Shown: piece after piece, positions 12,412-26,560 of the stretch
Layout: the number at the start of each line of letters is the position of its first letter
Numbering within the stretch: position 1 is the stretch's first letter
Assembly: GCA_043228905.1 (NCBI GenBank)
Contig: JBHGNT010000001.1
Location: 7,626,001 to 7,690,000, forward strand
Origin: Azolla caroliniana
Taxonomy: Eukaryota; Plantae; Polypodiophyta
Direction: 5' to 3'
DNA: 64,000 nucleotides
Made by a program: the position numbers and the translations under genes
Notes under the pieces: model-generated
What the model was told of the DNA's origin: nothing
Databases searched by the model: none
The model's input: only the letters and a program-made list of their open reading frames with translations

Positions 12412-15400
12412 TTAAAACCCAAGATTCACTTTGTCTTTGTTACTATTGTTAATAGAGATGCCTTGATTAACACCAGCACCTCCACGAGTCTTGCCCAAGC
12501 GCATTCGAGGATTTGGTCCTACCGGAAAAGCCTCCTTCAAGAAGCAAACACCAAAGTGTTACTTATTTCCATTTCTACAGAGGTACACACCAAAGAGCAG
12601 ATAGAAGGGGCAGAAAGAAAGTAATTCTCCTGGATGCCCACATAGAAACATGGGAAAAACATCGAAATATTCTTTTGGATATTTTCCAGAATACCCTTAG
12701 TCACTAAAGAATTACCAGGACACCCATTCGTAGTTGTAAATATTGTACGGAGGTAATTTTTCATGGCTTGAGGGTATTCTGGGAAATAACACAACAGAAT
12801 TGGACATTTTGGTGTTTGTCCCAAACAAAGCAGCATAAATGCTGAAGAAAACCTGGTCTCCTATATTAGGACCTCCTGAGTGGAAAAGAATAGGTCGGCA
12901 TCGTTTATCCTCGTTCATCAGGCTTGAATTCTGAAAATGAGCAACCAGGGCTGATTTTCCTTGTATTCGTGCATAGGCTAATGAAGCCACCTTTTCACTG
13001 TTGAATTTTTCCCATCTTTTACCATTAAATGCCTGAGAAAATAAACCATTGGGTCAAAACAACATACTAGCATATAACTCTATAATTGAGCAGTAGATAG
13101 AAATCAACAAAGACCTGGTAAAAGGAGACAATCTTTGAAGGTTCTGTCATATTGATAAAAGCATAACCAACATTGCATTTATTCTGCAAAGAGAAAGAGA
13201 TTCAACATTGAGATTATGGGTTTCTTCAACATTTCATACTTTCTAAAGAAATTATGGAGTAAAAATCCAATCAAACCTTAAAGTCAATAGGAAGGTAAAT
13301 AAAATCATATGTCCCTTTGTGTTGCTCATCTATGGCAGCCAACAGCATCTTTGATGTATACCTGTGTATAACCACAAACCGCTTAGAACTCAAATTTCTG
13401 ACCCCAACAGTGTTCCATTTCTACATTATGGTTTCCAAGCTTCAAGTTTGAAGAACAAACAAGATTCAAACTAATTGCTGAGAATCATACTTGTTTGGTA
13501 TATTTTTGATCATGAGAGTGGTGCGTATGTCTCCTCCTTGCAGTATCTTCTCAATGTCCAGCTCATACTGTTTTCTATCATGTTGTGCCAGTGGATTATC
13601 AGTTTTACGGCTTCTACTACCACGTTCCATCCCACCCCAATCAGAAGCTGCATCAACTGCTGGCTTTGAAGTTGAGCTCCCTTTGGGCTGTTGTGACATC
13701 AGCCATAGGTTAGGATAAACAGTATGGTCCACAAATCCATTACCCAATATGGTATTTGGCATAACACGACCAAGACTGCTTGAGAACTGAGGTTCCATTG
13801 AATTCTTCCTTCCAAATACTACTCCAAGGGATCCACTGTTTACTGAGAGAGGTGTTTCAAAGGATTCCCTAAAAAATGTCTGACGTTGATCTAAAATGGG
13901 AAATGGTGCTACAGGAGCAGAGCCCACTGGATGATGATGATGATATGCTGATGGACTAGACCCATTGTTTGGGTTAACATCCACAAATGGAAAATGATTA
14001 ACAAATCCACTGACACCCAAAGACTGTGCAGCTGAAATATCTTTATGGTATAAAGAATTCAGATTGTTCCCTAGAAGCCCAGTGACTGGTAAACTCTCTA
14101 GTGAGCATGCTTGCAGTGAAGCTGGCAAAAGACCTGGTAAGCATCCAGCCAAAAATATGAATGAGCATTCAGACTACAGATTTCTGGATCGTAATTTAAA
14201 TTTCACGTGAGATGGTATGGCATTTGCCTCCATTTGGCGATCGAAGCAATGGCACGTTGTTGAAATTGGATATGCCCATTTTTGTCAGATTATTCGAAAT
14301 CATTTGGGCTCTCAGTGCTGAAATAGTTGTTGCAGAGCTATGTTGCACAGCTTCCACAAGGCCATGACCAAATTCAGAGAAAGTGTTTGGCCAACCATAG
14401 GATGCTGGATTCATACCACGCCCCGTATAGCCCAAAGAATTTGAAGCTTTAACTGATTGCATGTTTTCAGTGAAAGAACTATCATGAACTGCAAGGTTTA
14501 TGCACATACAAAATCAATATATATACTCACATCAAAAGTGTATAATCTAAAGTGTTTCATCGAGTGAATGCACGTTCATGCCCTACACATCCAGATTGAA
14601 AGATTAACCATGAAAGGAAACAAGTCACTCAAACCTGACGAAGACTTGGTAGTAACTGGAGAGCTAGCATTAGAACTTTCCTCTTGTTCCAATTCATGTG
14701 TCAAGTGCTGCATAAGACTATTCAAAATAAAGATAAGAATTTTTCCAAAGAATGAATTTGAGGAGTTTTCAGCATGAAATGTACCTTTTGCGCACACCTC
14801 CTGGCCTACTAGGTTCCAGTTTAATACGTTTGCCTGCGATGTCACACCTATTTAATGCTCTAAGAGCTGCTTCAGCAGATCTTACATCATAGAACTCTAT
14901 AAATTTGTGATGTCGTTTGTGTGGTGTTTCACGGATCTGTGAAAGACAGGAAAATGCAGAATTAAAAATAAGACCATAACAATCCATTCATCATAAACTT
15001 ATTTTGAAGTCATGCACGTCATTACTTACCTCTTTAACCTCACCATAAACCCCAAATATTTGCAAAAGGTCATCATTAGATACTGATGCATCAAGATTAA
15101 AAACAACTAGTGTCCCTTGGTTCACATCTTTGTCAGACGGGTTATCCTGTAGAATATCATATAAATAAACAAAGATTAGCGGATAGAAGTAGGTGCATTT
15201 GTGATTGTGAGTATTCAAGTTAGTCCTTCTGTCAAGTTGAACATTATACCAAACTATCTCAAGATAACTTAGATTTCAACCACATAACTTGACAGATTAC
15301 TTCTAATAACTATGTCTCATTTTAACACGGTGCACCTTGGGTATAGAGAAATGTATGTCCAGTTTCCGGCGTCGCAAAGCTTTATTCTGAAGAGCTCGCA

Positions 15401-16489
15401 AAGCACTTCTAGCGGCCCTGATATCATAATAGGATATCATGACAAAACCACGATGTTTGCAAGCAGTGTACAGTGTACGAATATCACCATATTGCTGATT
15501 ATGGAAAAAAATCCCCATGTAAGTTTTTCACATAACAAATTTTCTTTTATCGTTTCTCTTTTCTAATTTTTTGCAATTATACCTCGAATAAGGTTCGCAG
15601 CTCAGAATCTTCAACGCTGCTGTTTATGTTCCTTACAAAAAGAGTTCTTGAAGGGTGCTCACCAAAGGGATGCTCTCCTATACCAGAGGGTGTTCCGCCT
15701 ACAGAAAGGGAGTCAACACCTTTTTTTAAGTCTCTGCTTAGATCTTGGGCTTCACCTTCCAGCTCCATACCACCTCCACTACTAAAAAGGTCCAACTCCT
15801 CGTTCTCGCCTATGAAATTAGCTGTGTTACTGCCATCCTGATCAGTAACCACACTGGAGAAAAATTCATCGTCACTTGGAAGTAAACTGCTGATAGTCTG
15901 CCACTCAAAACCTGAAATTTCGAACTGCTGGTTCTTGATTGATTGCATATTAATCCTTGATCCTCCAATGGCAGTAGTGTCTGGAGCCGATAAGCTCACT
16001 GAAAGACATAGAGGTTAAAATGTCAAAACATATCATAAGTGAAGAGCTGTTTCATCTAGATTGCAAATGCATGTATGTGCATGTGCTTATGATATGATAG
16101 TGAAGTAGTCTCACAAAAAATATCTTGGGAATCTGTAAAAGGTGCATCAACAACGACATGAAAAGCACAGTAATTTGCAAACAAAAGAACAAAATGGATA
16201 GCTTACACTTGTCTTGTAAGAACGATGATAATCTATCTTCAAGATCCCCATGATACCCATTTGTGATACCACCCATTAAATCGGATGGTGCAAACGAAGA
16301 TTGCCCGGGAGATGCAATCCACGAACCTGACAAGAAGTTTGTGTTCTTAGCTAGACCAAACACATTGTTACCAGAGTCCAGCTTGATTGAAGATTTCTTT
16401 GACCAATCATCACCATGATAAGACCAGTCCGCTTCAGCAGCCTTAGATATTATAACTGGATAATCTGATGACCTACTTCCTGGAGCCAT
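12412..16489 (-). CDS. AML: MEI2-like (AML) RNA-binding protein with RRM1, RRM2 and RRM3. Exons: 16207-16489, 15583-15998, 15336-15494, 15030-15146, 14785-14936, 14635-14717, about 14228(or 14207)-14488, 13491-14133, 13277-13361, 13115-13183, 12853-13032, 12412-12534
   Basis: Hallmark segments GEHPFGEHPSRTLFVRNINS, YGDIRTLYTACKHRGFVMISYYDIRAA, NQGTLVVFNLD, IRETPHKRHHKFIEFYDVR, RTTLMIKNIPNKYTSKMLL, LPIDFKNKCNVGYAFINM, WEKFNSEKVASLAYARIQG. GT-AG boundaries are in consistent phase except the ambiguous intron 7 donor. Confidence 0.95.
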
Positions 16490-17661
16490 ATATTCTTTGG
16501 GTTTTTTTCTGAGTCACCACTAATCATATATTCCTGGCATTAATCCTCCCCAGACAAAGCTTCTGCATCAACACAAGGAACTTTTCAGGCAAAGAAAATT
16601 TGCTGCATCAATACACGGACAACACATTTTTTCAAAATCGCCTACAAAATAAGCATTAATGCCCAGCAGAAAAGAAAAACTACTGAGATGAGGTAGATTT
16701 CTTTGGGCTCATGCAGACATCCAGCCGCATATGACATCTGAATTACGCATTAGCATATATGATCTCTGAGTAAAAAAAACTTTCCTTTAAAACATGACCA
16801 TATAGAACTGCGGAATATGCAATGTGAAGATATCATTAATCATGGTGATGCCGTGTGTAGGATACTGTGATCTGATAAAGGACGCCTTCAGTGAGATATA
16901 TGACTGGCCACATTCAATCTCAACAAATATGGCCTTCTAATTTACTTATACAGATTCTGTATGATGTGAGAGGTTAATACTCAGGAGATGTAAGACGTAC
17001 AGGGTCACAATTTTTCAATTTCATTGTGTATGTTTGTTGGCAATGATGGCTAAAATAGGAATTTCTCAAAGTTCCTTACACTTGTTTAGAATTGCCCATG
17101 GCATACTTATTCATCACCTCCCTCTACCTACAAGAAGTAAAGCTAACTGATGATGAAATGTCCTATACCTGTGGTAAAGTTTCTGGACATTACACCTTTT
17201 GATTCTTCAGATAATAATGTGAAAATTTTGAGGTTGATATTCATAAAGTAAATAAAATCAGGTAGACGCATATCAATTTTCAGCTAAATTTCAACCTAAT
17301 TTGTGATATTTTCTCGTGCTTGACTAAGAAGGGAACTTGGCCAATAATGCAAACAATTCTTTACCAGACACTGGTGGAGAGAATTTCCGAGAACTTTTGG
17401 GCTTCAAACAGAGCATTTATTTTTTCGAATATCACAAAAAGGAAACTCAAAGAAATGCTGAAACTTGGAAAACTACATACATAAATTTCAAATATGTACA
17501 GATAACTTAGTGTAATGAGAGAAGATTATTTCAATTTTGGAGTCTCCTCACAGAATGCAATGTTTCGTGTAAAAAAACTTATTTAGCTTGTGCTACAAAG
17601 GAAAGGCCAAAACAAAGCATAGCACAACATACACATAACGAAGAGAGATTTGGATAGATTA

Positions 17662-18417
17662 CCTGGCAATATCCTCTACGGAGTAATCAGAGGAGACAAT
17701 ACAGACTGGAAGCTCCTCTGACACTCCGCAAGAGGGCAATTTTTCCCTGTACTTAGCTTTCAGCCCTAAAATCTTTCAAATTGGAACAGAGTAAGGAACA
17801 AATTCTACAAAGTTGTGAATCCAGTGCAATTCAAGAAGCTTTCTATTTGATCCCGTCAAGACTAGAATACTCATATTTTTCCTCAATGCCTACGGCTGGG
17901 AGGTCAAGCTTTTCTTTTTCCTCAGCTCAGAATTGCATAGAATCTCGAGAAGAGAGCAAGTACCCACTTACAATAATGGCCTAACCGATCTGATCCATCA
18001 CAAAAAAAAAATTAAAAAAAAAAATTAAAAAAAAAAATTAAAACTACTGATGATTATCCCTGCTTAGGTTCGAGTTTGCTTCAGAATTGGTGGCTTTGGT
18101 GCTGAAATTGGGGGGGAGGGGTAGGGGCGATGGGAAGGAGGTGATAAGATTGAGAAGGGGGGGGAGTAAAACAGAGAAAGGAGGAGAGACAGGGAGCGTG
18201 TGTGTGTGTGTGTGTGGGTGGGGTGGGTGGGTGGAGGAAAGGAGGGAAAAAAAAGGTAAAGGTAGGAGGGGAGAGAAGAGAGATGGGGAGGGAATTGAAC
18301 CTTTCAAAGTTAGAAATATCTTCTTCTCTCTAAAGCAAGCAAAGCAGAAGAAGAAGAAGTTGTGACACACAACTGCAAAAAAGACAAAAAGAAGAAACAC
18401 ACACACTCTGTGTGTGT

Positions 18418-18452
<35 letters not shown>

Positions 18453-18560
18453 CAGAGAGAGGGAGAGACAGAGAAATAGAGAGATGGATTCATACATACA
18501 TACATACATACACACACATATGATACATACATACTTGCATGCATACATGCATGCATGCCT
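17662..18560 (-). promoter_or_regulatory. Probable promoter and 5'UTR exon region of the MEI2-like gene, rich in CT/CA/TACA microsatellites
   Basis: Minus-strand donor CAG|GTAATC at about 17662 and acceptor GCAG| at about 16563. Pyrimidine-rich leader and compound microsatellites at 18100-18560. Confidence 0.45.
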
Positions 18561-19224
18561 TCAAGACTCGCACGCCACCAAAAAAACTACTCTCGATACA
18601 CCAAATCGATGTGATGATATGATCCGATCTGAATCCACTCCAAGGGTCGCGCAACCAGCCCATGCCTGCTGCTCCTTTTCCACCACGGAGAGAGAATCGC
18701 CACCATCGCAAGCTTTTGAAATCGGTGTAGGTTATCGTCGCGATCTCAACATTAATGAAAGTTGTTGGATGCAATTAACTGTTCGTGTTTGTAGGATATC
18801 TCAAGCATTTATATAGGCTTGTTAACCATGATAAAAAGTCTTCTTGTCCTTGCCTTGTTATCCCCTCGCTCTTATCCATTCTCCTCCTTTTCTCTACCTT
18901 TGTGAAACTCTCTCGACATTTTTCAGTTCTTTTGTTGCTACAAGGGAGTCAACTTGTCACTTATCCCAAGCTTTGTACCATGTACCAAGTTCACTTGTCT
19001 ATATTGCCCATATTTTTTTGATACTTTTTCGTGTAAGACTTGAGAATGGCATGTTTGCGTTCGTAAACATGGATCTCCTAGAATGATGGGATAAAGAGCC
19101 TTATTGATTCATTTCATCGTAATCTTGATCCTTGCAAAATTTTGTCTTTTTCTTCCTTGATGACAACTTCTTGTTCGTCATAACCTTTAGGATTTCAAAC
19201 TACACCTACTAGGATATATATATA

Positions 19225-19264
<40 letters not shown>

Positions 19265-21474
19265 AAAATACAAGTTCTCGTGTGGATGTGATATCGACAA
19301 GGCATGATGAATAAGAAGATCAAACTACGGTGATAACATGATTGGTATATAAGCCATGAAACACCATATTGTTATTAAGTACCTAGTCCCAAGTATAATC
19401 AGGTTGTCTAGCCATTCAGTATTGGCCCGAATACATATTGTTGGGCGCGTTTTTTTAGGGATTTATCTATTACACAGTACACCTTTTTTAGGATGCTTTT
19501 TTATGTTTGTCATCCTTTTAGAGGTTGGAGAAGCAATAGTGTGATCATGAACTTTCTTATGATTGAGAGTGATCCCAATAAACTTTGTCCTTTTTTACTA
19601 AGTTCGCGTATGAAAACACACAGAAGTTTGTATGTATTTGTGAATTTGTCTTATGTGTGTATGTATTATTGAATAAAGTGGAGATGTTACTAGTTGTTTT
19701 ATGAAATTAGAACTTGGTGATAAAGTTGGTATGCGCGTTTTGCAGAGTAGCTCTCTCATTGACAAAACATCTAATCACATTTTTGGAGTTTACATGTTTC
19801 TTTTCTCGTGGTTGCACAATGAGATTACAAGAAAATATGAATTTATTTTTATTTATTTTTCAAAAAAACATCTACTTCCATTAGTTAAGAATGTACAAAG
19901 GAATCATTTACAACTCATATCTTACAAGACATCTTGCATGTCAAAGGAGAAAATAAAAGCTTAGCAAGCCACATGAGAATTCTAAGTTTTGTAATTGTGA
20001 ATCGGGGTGTATATATTGAATGCAAAATATGTTAATGTAAGAACAATGACAATAAACTAATTTGCAATTTTCCAAACATCCTAATATCTCACGATGTGAT
20101 AACTATACATTCATTACAAGACAAAAAGAAGTGAATCTTATCTTAATGTAGACAAATTGTGCCATACATAAACACCAACCTCAAACACACATTTCCATAG
20201 ATTTTAAAATTTAGGAGAAAGGGGGCTCCAATCACGTGGGTTTTCATTGATTGCTAACGAGAACTTCAAAGACCTAAAATTGTTTGCACAAAAAACTTAT
20301 GATGAAAACTCACACATTCTCGTGTCCATGTTGATGCAATGTATGGCTAAAGTCTTAAATATTGATTATTGTTGAGAACTTAAAAACCGATTAGAACACA
20401 AAGACAATATGCTAATTTAAAGCACTAAAAGGAAACTTTCCAATGCAACAATTTATTAAATAATAAGGGAGTTTTATGTTGACTAATGTCTAATTATTCG
20501 ATTCGCTCATGGGTGCTCTGCATAAAGTATTTATACAATTTTAAGCAAGCTCTTGGTATGGCTGCATAGTTTCATGGAACACACTTTTGGGAAAGTGCTT
20601 TTTAAGCTATCATTAATATGTTGCAAGTGGTCACGAAGCCCGCATATCAAAGAGAAAAAATTTGATCACTTTGCCAATGTTTTTGGCTCAATAAAACTCG
20701 CTATAATATTATTTGAAATGTGCAAGTGCAATGCGTTCCATTATGACACCGAATCTATGGACCATGGGTTTTACACTAGATATGGAAGTGTTCATACACT
20801 ACCATTGCTGTCATTACAGTTTTCAGGAGTACGGAAGGAAGTCCAGCCAGTATGGAGATATTGAGTAGTACCATTGTATGTCACATCTAGAAGGCTTGGT
20901 GCTCTCTCGTTTTCCATCAACGTAAAACACCACCAATTGAAGTGGTTTCAAATATTTGGTTAGACATAGTTCATACTTTGAAGGGTCAATGGGATGGTAT
21001 AGTTGGAGATTATGAGGCTAAAATTGCTCAACGGCATGAGTTTCTTATTATCTGGTCAACTACTCCATTCAAGACAGCCAATTACGACACTCCTTATTGA
21101 CATTTTCAGCCGCCGAAATGGTTGTTTCCCTTGCCGATCACATAGAGGTTTAAAATCTTGTAAAATGTTTATACTAATGACAGGATATCTTTTTATAAAT
21201 AAAATAAAAATGTGCAAGTGCAAATTAGCATTAATCCTAAAGTCAAACGTAAATATATACGTTACTTGAATGATGCAATATAGATGAAAGTCCCAATATC
21301 ATAACATTAAAATGGGATCACTACTTGCAAATGAAAGAGACATTCTAAATGCCTACATGGTCCTAAAAATATAATAGAATTGCATGTTAAACATACATAT
21401 ATTTAACTATTAATATTGTTTATTGAGAATGTTATTTGCATATAATAATATCATATACATGCGCTAGATGTTCA

Positions 21475-22290
21475 TTTTTTTTTTCCAAAATGAAGCTACT
21501 TTCCCATTAGTTAGGAAGGATTATTACAAAGAGATTGTACAAGGAGGCTTAAACATAGATCGGGGAATCTCTCTCCGATCAAGTTCAAGAAAATGAGACT
21601 AGTTACATCGCCTTTCGGACGGACTACTTAATGTAAGTACCTATAGCTAAAAACAATGCCCTTCAGTGATGGCTAGCACGAGACAACTCCTGGGGTCGAC
21701 AACGAAGGGAGGGTGGTAAGTGAGACGGAAACAGCCAGCGTGGGGACTGGTAGTTCCACCACGGGCCACTTCCTCCTTGTGTCACATTGGCGTGTTCCGC
21801 CATTTCTGCCAAAAGCGCAAACGAGCAGTAACCACTTCAGTGGAATGGCTGCAAACCTCGTCTAATTGCCCTCGTAGGCAACTGATAAGCGCAAACCATA
21901 TGTCCATGATCACTTCCTCTGGGGGCTAGACCAGATCCTGAAAGACTTTTAGGCAACGCGCTTTCCATACATACCACTGGGTGAAGCCTACGATCAGCAT
22001 CCAAATGTCTGAGAACCTAGGGGATGCGGATTGCAAGCCTCTCTCAAATCGAATCTTGGCGATTTTGCCTCTCATGCATACGTAGCACCAACTATCCGCA
22101 TTGAAGGTGTCCATCCACCTATCAACGGAGTGATCAAGCCATGCCGCAACACTCGACGATGTTGTTCCTTCCACTTCACATGTCGTAAGGAGGCGAGTCA
22201 CTCTATCCCATACCTTTTGAGCTTGAGGGCAATCCCACAGACAATGCCTCAGAGTCTCAATAGGTGAATGGCAAAGTGGGCAACCTAACG
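21475..22290 (-). mobile_element. 5'-truncated L1-type LINE 3' end
   Basis: Minus strand encodes CPLCHSPIETLRHCLWDCPQAQKVW (CCHC knuckle) and WYVWKARCLKVF, typical of L1 ORF2 C-termini. A poly(A)-like tail lies at about 21476-21484. Confidence 0.8.
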
Positions 22291-22304
22291 AGTTTCTAAA
22301 ATGT

Positions 22305-22788
22305 CAACCATAAAATATATTTTGGTTTCTCACAAATTCTAGTTATAGAAAAGACGTGAAAGATGCAATCAATATTGTTTACAAGAGAACTGATTTGTAT
22401 TGAGTGTTTGATATAATATTTTGTGCAATAGAGGATGTAATAGCTCGAGACACAAATAGGGTGAAAGTTATCAACCATAAAATATTTTTGGTTTTCTCAC
22501 AATTTCTAGTTATAGAAAAGACGTGAAAGATGCAATCAATATTGTTTACAAGAGAACTTGTTCGTATTGAGTGTTTGATATAATATTTAGTGGAGTGGAG
22601 GATGTAATAGCTCGAGACACATCAACCATAAAATATATTTGGTTTTCTCACAAATTCTAGTTATAGAAAAGACGTGGAAGATGCAATCAATATTGTTTAC
22701 AAGAGAACTTGTTTGTATTGAGTGTTTGATATAATATTCTGTGCAGTGGATGATGTAATAGCTCGAGACACAAATAGGGTGAAAGTTA
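22305..22788. repeat. Tandem repeat, 3 copies of a ~150-167 bp unit
   Basis: Unit TCAACCATAAAATAT...GTAATAGCTCGAGACAC starts at about 22305, 22471 and 22622. Confidence 0.9.
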
Positions 22789-22807
22789 TTTGTCTATAAG
22801 GTGTAGA

Positions 22808-23290
22808 CTAACATTAAGCAAAAGTAACAATAAATTAATGAACAAAGAACTTTAGACCACCTCATGGTGAAGGCAAGAGATGGATTTGAGTTCCCACTAC
22901 ACTCTAGTGTTCTATACCACTAAATTTAGACACGGATCATACCGTGGGGTTGAAGCAAAAATAGGCCCACATGTATGAATCTAGAGCTTTGCCGCATTGT
23001 CACAATCTTTATCAAAATTATAAAGATGAACCCCTTCATGAATGTAGCTAACATTAAGCAAAAGTAACAAGAAATTAATGAACAAGGAACTTTAGACCAC
23101 CTCATGGTGAAGGCAAGAGATGGATTTGAGTTCCCACTACACTCTAGTGTTCTATACCACTAAATTTAGACACGGATCATACCGTGGGGTTGAAGCAAAA
23201 ATAGGCCCACATGTATGAATCTAGAGCTTTGCCGCATTGTCACAATCTTTATCAAAATTATAAAGATGAACCCCTTCATGAATGTAGCTA
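22808..23290. repeat. Near-perfect tandem duplication, 2 x 240 bp
   Basis: Lines at 22861 and 23101 onward are essentially identical, giving a period of 240. Confidence 0.92.
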
Positions 23291-24959
23291 GCCTTCTTAT
23301 ATAGGTTAAACCTTAGGCCATTGTTTATCTATCTCATACCTATTGCACTATTATGAACGATAAAGTAATGACACACTCTAAAGTTATCTCCCATAGTAGG
23401 ATTGAAAATAACTCAATCCTTACTTTCCGTTCTCAATGAATTAGCCCACAATTAACCCTAAGATTAGAGAACTATGGTTACGATTATAGTCCTAAAAATA
23501 GATCTCTTTGTACAAATGACTCACAATGTTCAAGACCTTTACTAATAAACGTCTCGATTGAGATTACACATTTTCTCAATGTTCAAGAACTTTATTAATG
23601 AACAAAATTCATGTGATGATTGGGTCGGGTTGAATATGTTAGAAAACACAGTTAAATTGATCAACAACAAAGCGTTGTATCAAAATACATATGAGCATTG
23701 GGGCAAAATGTGCATATTTGATTGGTCACATAATTGAGGCCCCAATGTTCCCTATCACATCGAAGCGAGTATGAAATAAGCCACGTGGAAGCAATGGTTG
23801 GGATGTCGGATGATGGATCTTTATTAAGAGACTAATTAAACTCTAAGAAGAGCTTTAAAAGTACACATAAAAACATATAAGCATGTTCTCTATTGAACGG
23901 GGAAACCACGCATCACGAGGATAGGGTCGCGAAACTAGAGGATCGAGAGTGATTGCACAAGCACTCTTGTCCAATCCACTCCCAATTCTCCATAATAACA
24001 TATTCTAGGTATTCTCAGTCTCATTCCATGCATTAAGAGGGATAGTGTGTCCCCACACTTCTACTCCATGAAGCAAAACCAATGTTACCATGGGATTGAC
24101 ATTAGCGTCACTTCCCATCCACAATTAATATAATAGCTTTGGTTGCATTGATTTTCCGACATATAACAACTTCTCCAATTATTTTGAAGCCTAAACTCAA
24201 AGCATACACTCCATTTATTTGTGGACGGTATTTTGTTATGTACACATGATGTAGATGAGGGTAGGCCACTAATATTTACAAAACATAAGTGAAGGGTAGG
24301 TAAATTAATGTTAGAAAGGGACTAACGTGATCGGATAGAGAAAATGATAGGTGCATGCACCATCATGATATTGACAACCAATGAATGGAGAGTCTAAAAG
24401 TACATCTATTGGAGTGTATAGGAACCCTCATAAGACACATCGTGTTAGAATGTTTAAGGCAAAATACACATACATAGTCAATGACTTTCCTCACTTGTAC
24501 CCCCCACGCCCACGACCCATCACACATTGAAGAGAATGTGAGCTAAGTTGCATTCAACCAATACTAGAGAGGTGGACAAAGCTATGGGTTGTACGATGAG
24601 TGTAGTTTCCTTCTTCCACGCTGAATATTGTAATAAAGTTTGATGCAACATATGCAATATAATGTGTGAACCATGAACCACCCCATCTTTATCGAGTTGT
24701 GATATGATGACATTGCGAAAAAAACCTTCAGTGGAGAAGAAACTCGAGATTAATAATAATGCTAGTGGTTACGTGTGAGATTACGACAGAATTAGTTCAA
24801 GACTAGTGAAGGCCACGAGCGGAAGAGTGAAAAGTTGTGACGAAATTTAATGTGATCAACAAGTGTGATAACTATGTATGAGGTGAAGATAAAGCACCTT
24901 ACACGTTGATGAAAAAGGGAGTTTGTATGTGTGTGTTTGGTTCGGTTTTTATTATGAAT

Positions 24960-25330
24960 AAATGGTTTGGTTTGGTTTGGTTTGAAGGCCAAGAAACCGA
25001 ACCGAACCGGAACCGGGCCCATTGCTATTGAAAGCAACGTAAAATGGGCGCCCAGGTGTGAAACCTGAGCATTTGATTTCCTCCTCCTCCTCCTCCTCCT
25101 CCTCTTCACCTCTTTTGATTTTCCTTTGCTGATTCGGACACTCATTTTCCTTCTTCTGGTTCTTCTGAAACCTCCGAGGAGCAGAAGGATCGATCTCTTC
25201 ATTCGTTTGCTGCTGCTTCTCTTCAGGTTCTCATCTGAAGTCCTCCGTCTCGTCTTCTTCAATCGCTTCTTTTCTTCTCTTTCTTTCCTCGTGGCATTCT
25301 TTCAGTTCATTCAGCGTGTCGTCATTCTGG
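24960..25330 (+). promoter_or_regulatory. Probable promoter and CT-rich 5' leader of the VDAC locus
   Basis: A TGGGCC site-II-like motif (minus strand, about 25016-25022) precedes a (CCT)n/CT-rich leader, as in housekeeping and mitochondrial-protein genes. Confidence 0.4.
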
Positions 25331-26560
25331 TGATGATAAATATAGAAACGGTTTTGAGCTCCGTTTATTCCTTTTCCTTGCATTGCATCATTGATTGGAA
25401 TCAAATATCACATTGTATCGAAATATCTCCTTTGCTTCCAATGGAGCGTGTTTCAAGCAAAATCTCAGTTTTGTTACTTTTGGTTTCTAATGGATTCAGC
25501 CAAATGCAAAACAAATCAGTTTTTCATCTGCAAGGAAATGCAGAACTGTGAACATTATGTCCACCAGTCTAGTTAAATGCCAATATTAATTGTTAAGGTA
25601 GCATGAACATGAGCATTATAACCAGTACTTATAGTTTTCAATGAATTCCGTAACGATAAAAAAATTCCACTTTTAAACTGCCGTGGGAAGATATTGTATG
25701 AGCATCGTAACATGCATTATGAAGCAATCTAAGCTGTGTTAGTCCTTGTTTTCAATTGATTTATTCTATGTAAAATTAAGTTTCTCAGTATGCGAAGGTA
25801 GCATATGATCAATGTGAGCATGAATGTGAACATTAGGCAAGATGGGAGAATGCAAGGAAGAAGGCAATAGAGAGAGTTTCTGAATAAGGAATGATAACCT
25901 TGAAATTCAGATTCATGCATTCTTGGCATGTTAAGAAACTGACTGAAAATTTACATTTGATAGAAAATTCCCCTGAAAAGAAAGAGTAAACACTTTATCA
26001 TATAATGCGATCCAGAGAAGAAAGAATGTTATGCTTTAGAGGTGCATCATTCTCATACATGCACATCCAAACAGTGTAATAAGATAGCCTAGGGAGGGAA
26101 ACCATAAGAACAAAATAGAAGAATTTGAGGAAGAAGAAAAATCTCTGGCAGAACATTGAAGGTGAAGAAACTTCACATTGCACAATTATGTTTCCTTTCG
26201 GGCAAACTATGAGAGAGACATACAGATCAAGAACCGGATTTCTGCATTGAATTGTGGTTGAGGACACCATTCAGAATACTGATAGTAAACTGTGAAGACT
26301 GTCAAGCATATAAATGTTAGGGGACCCAGGAAATTTATGTGTGCAATGCATAGGGACCGAGGAACTTTGATTGAACTTTATTGTTTTGATGTGATTTTCA
26401 TACCAACAAAGAATGTCGGGGGACAAGTAATAGTTCATGAATTATATATGTACATTGTTATTTTGTATATTGTATATGTGCATTCTGAAATCTCTTCTAT
26501 GCTTTTTCTACTGCTCTGCTTTTTAAGCTGGAATATTCTGTTTTATGTAGTTTTGAGAAG

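Noticed and set aside
18044-18816. ORFs of 72-170 aa upstream of the MEI2-like gene
   Set aside because: Microsatellite-derived (GT, GA, TACA) open frames.
18800-21300. Possible decayed DNA-transposon coding remnants (also 23300-24800, 30500-31250, 37400-40100, 62400-63200)
   Set aside because: Composition suggests old transposable elements, but I could not identify diagnostic motifs, termini or TSDs.
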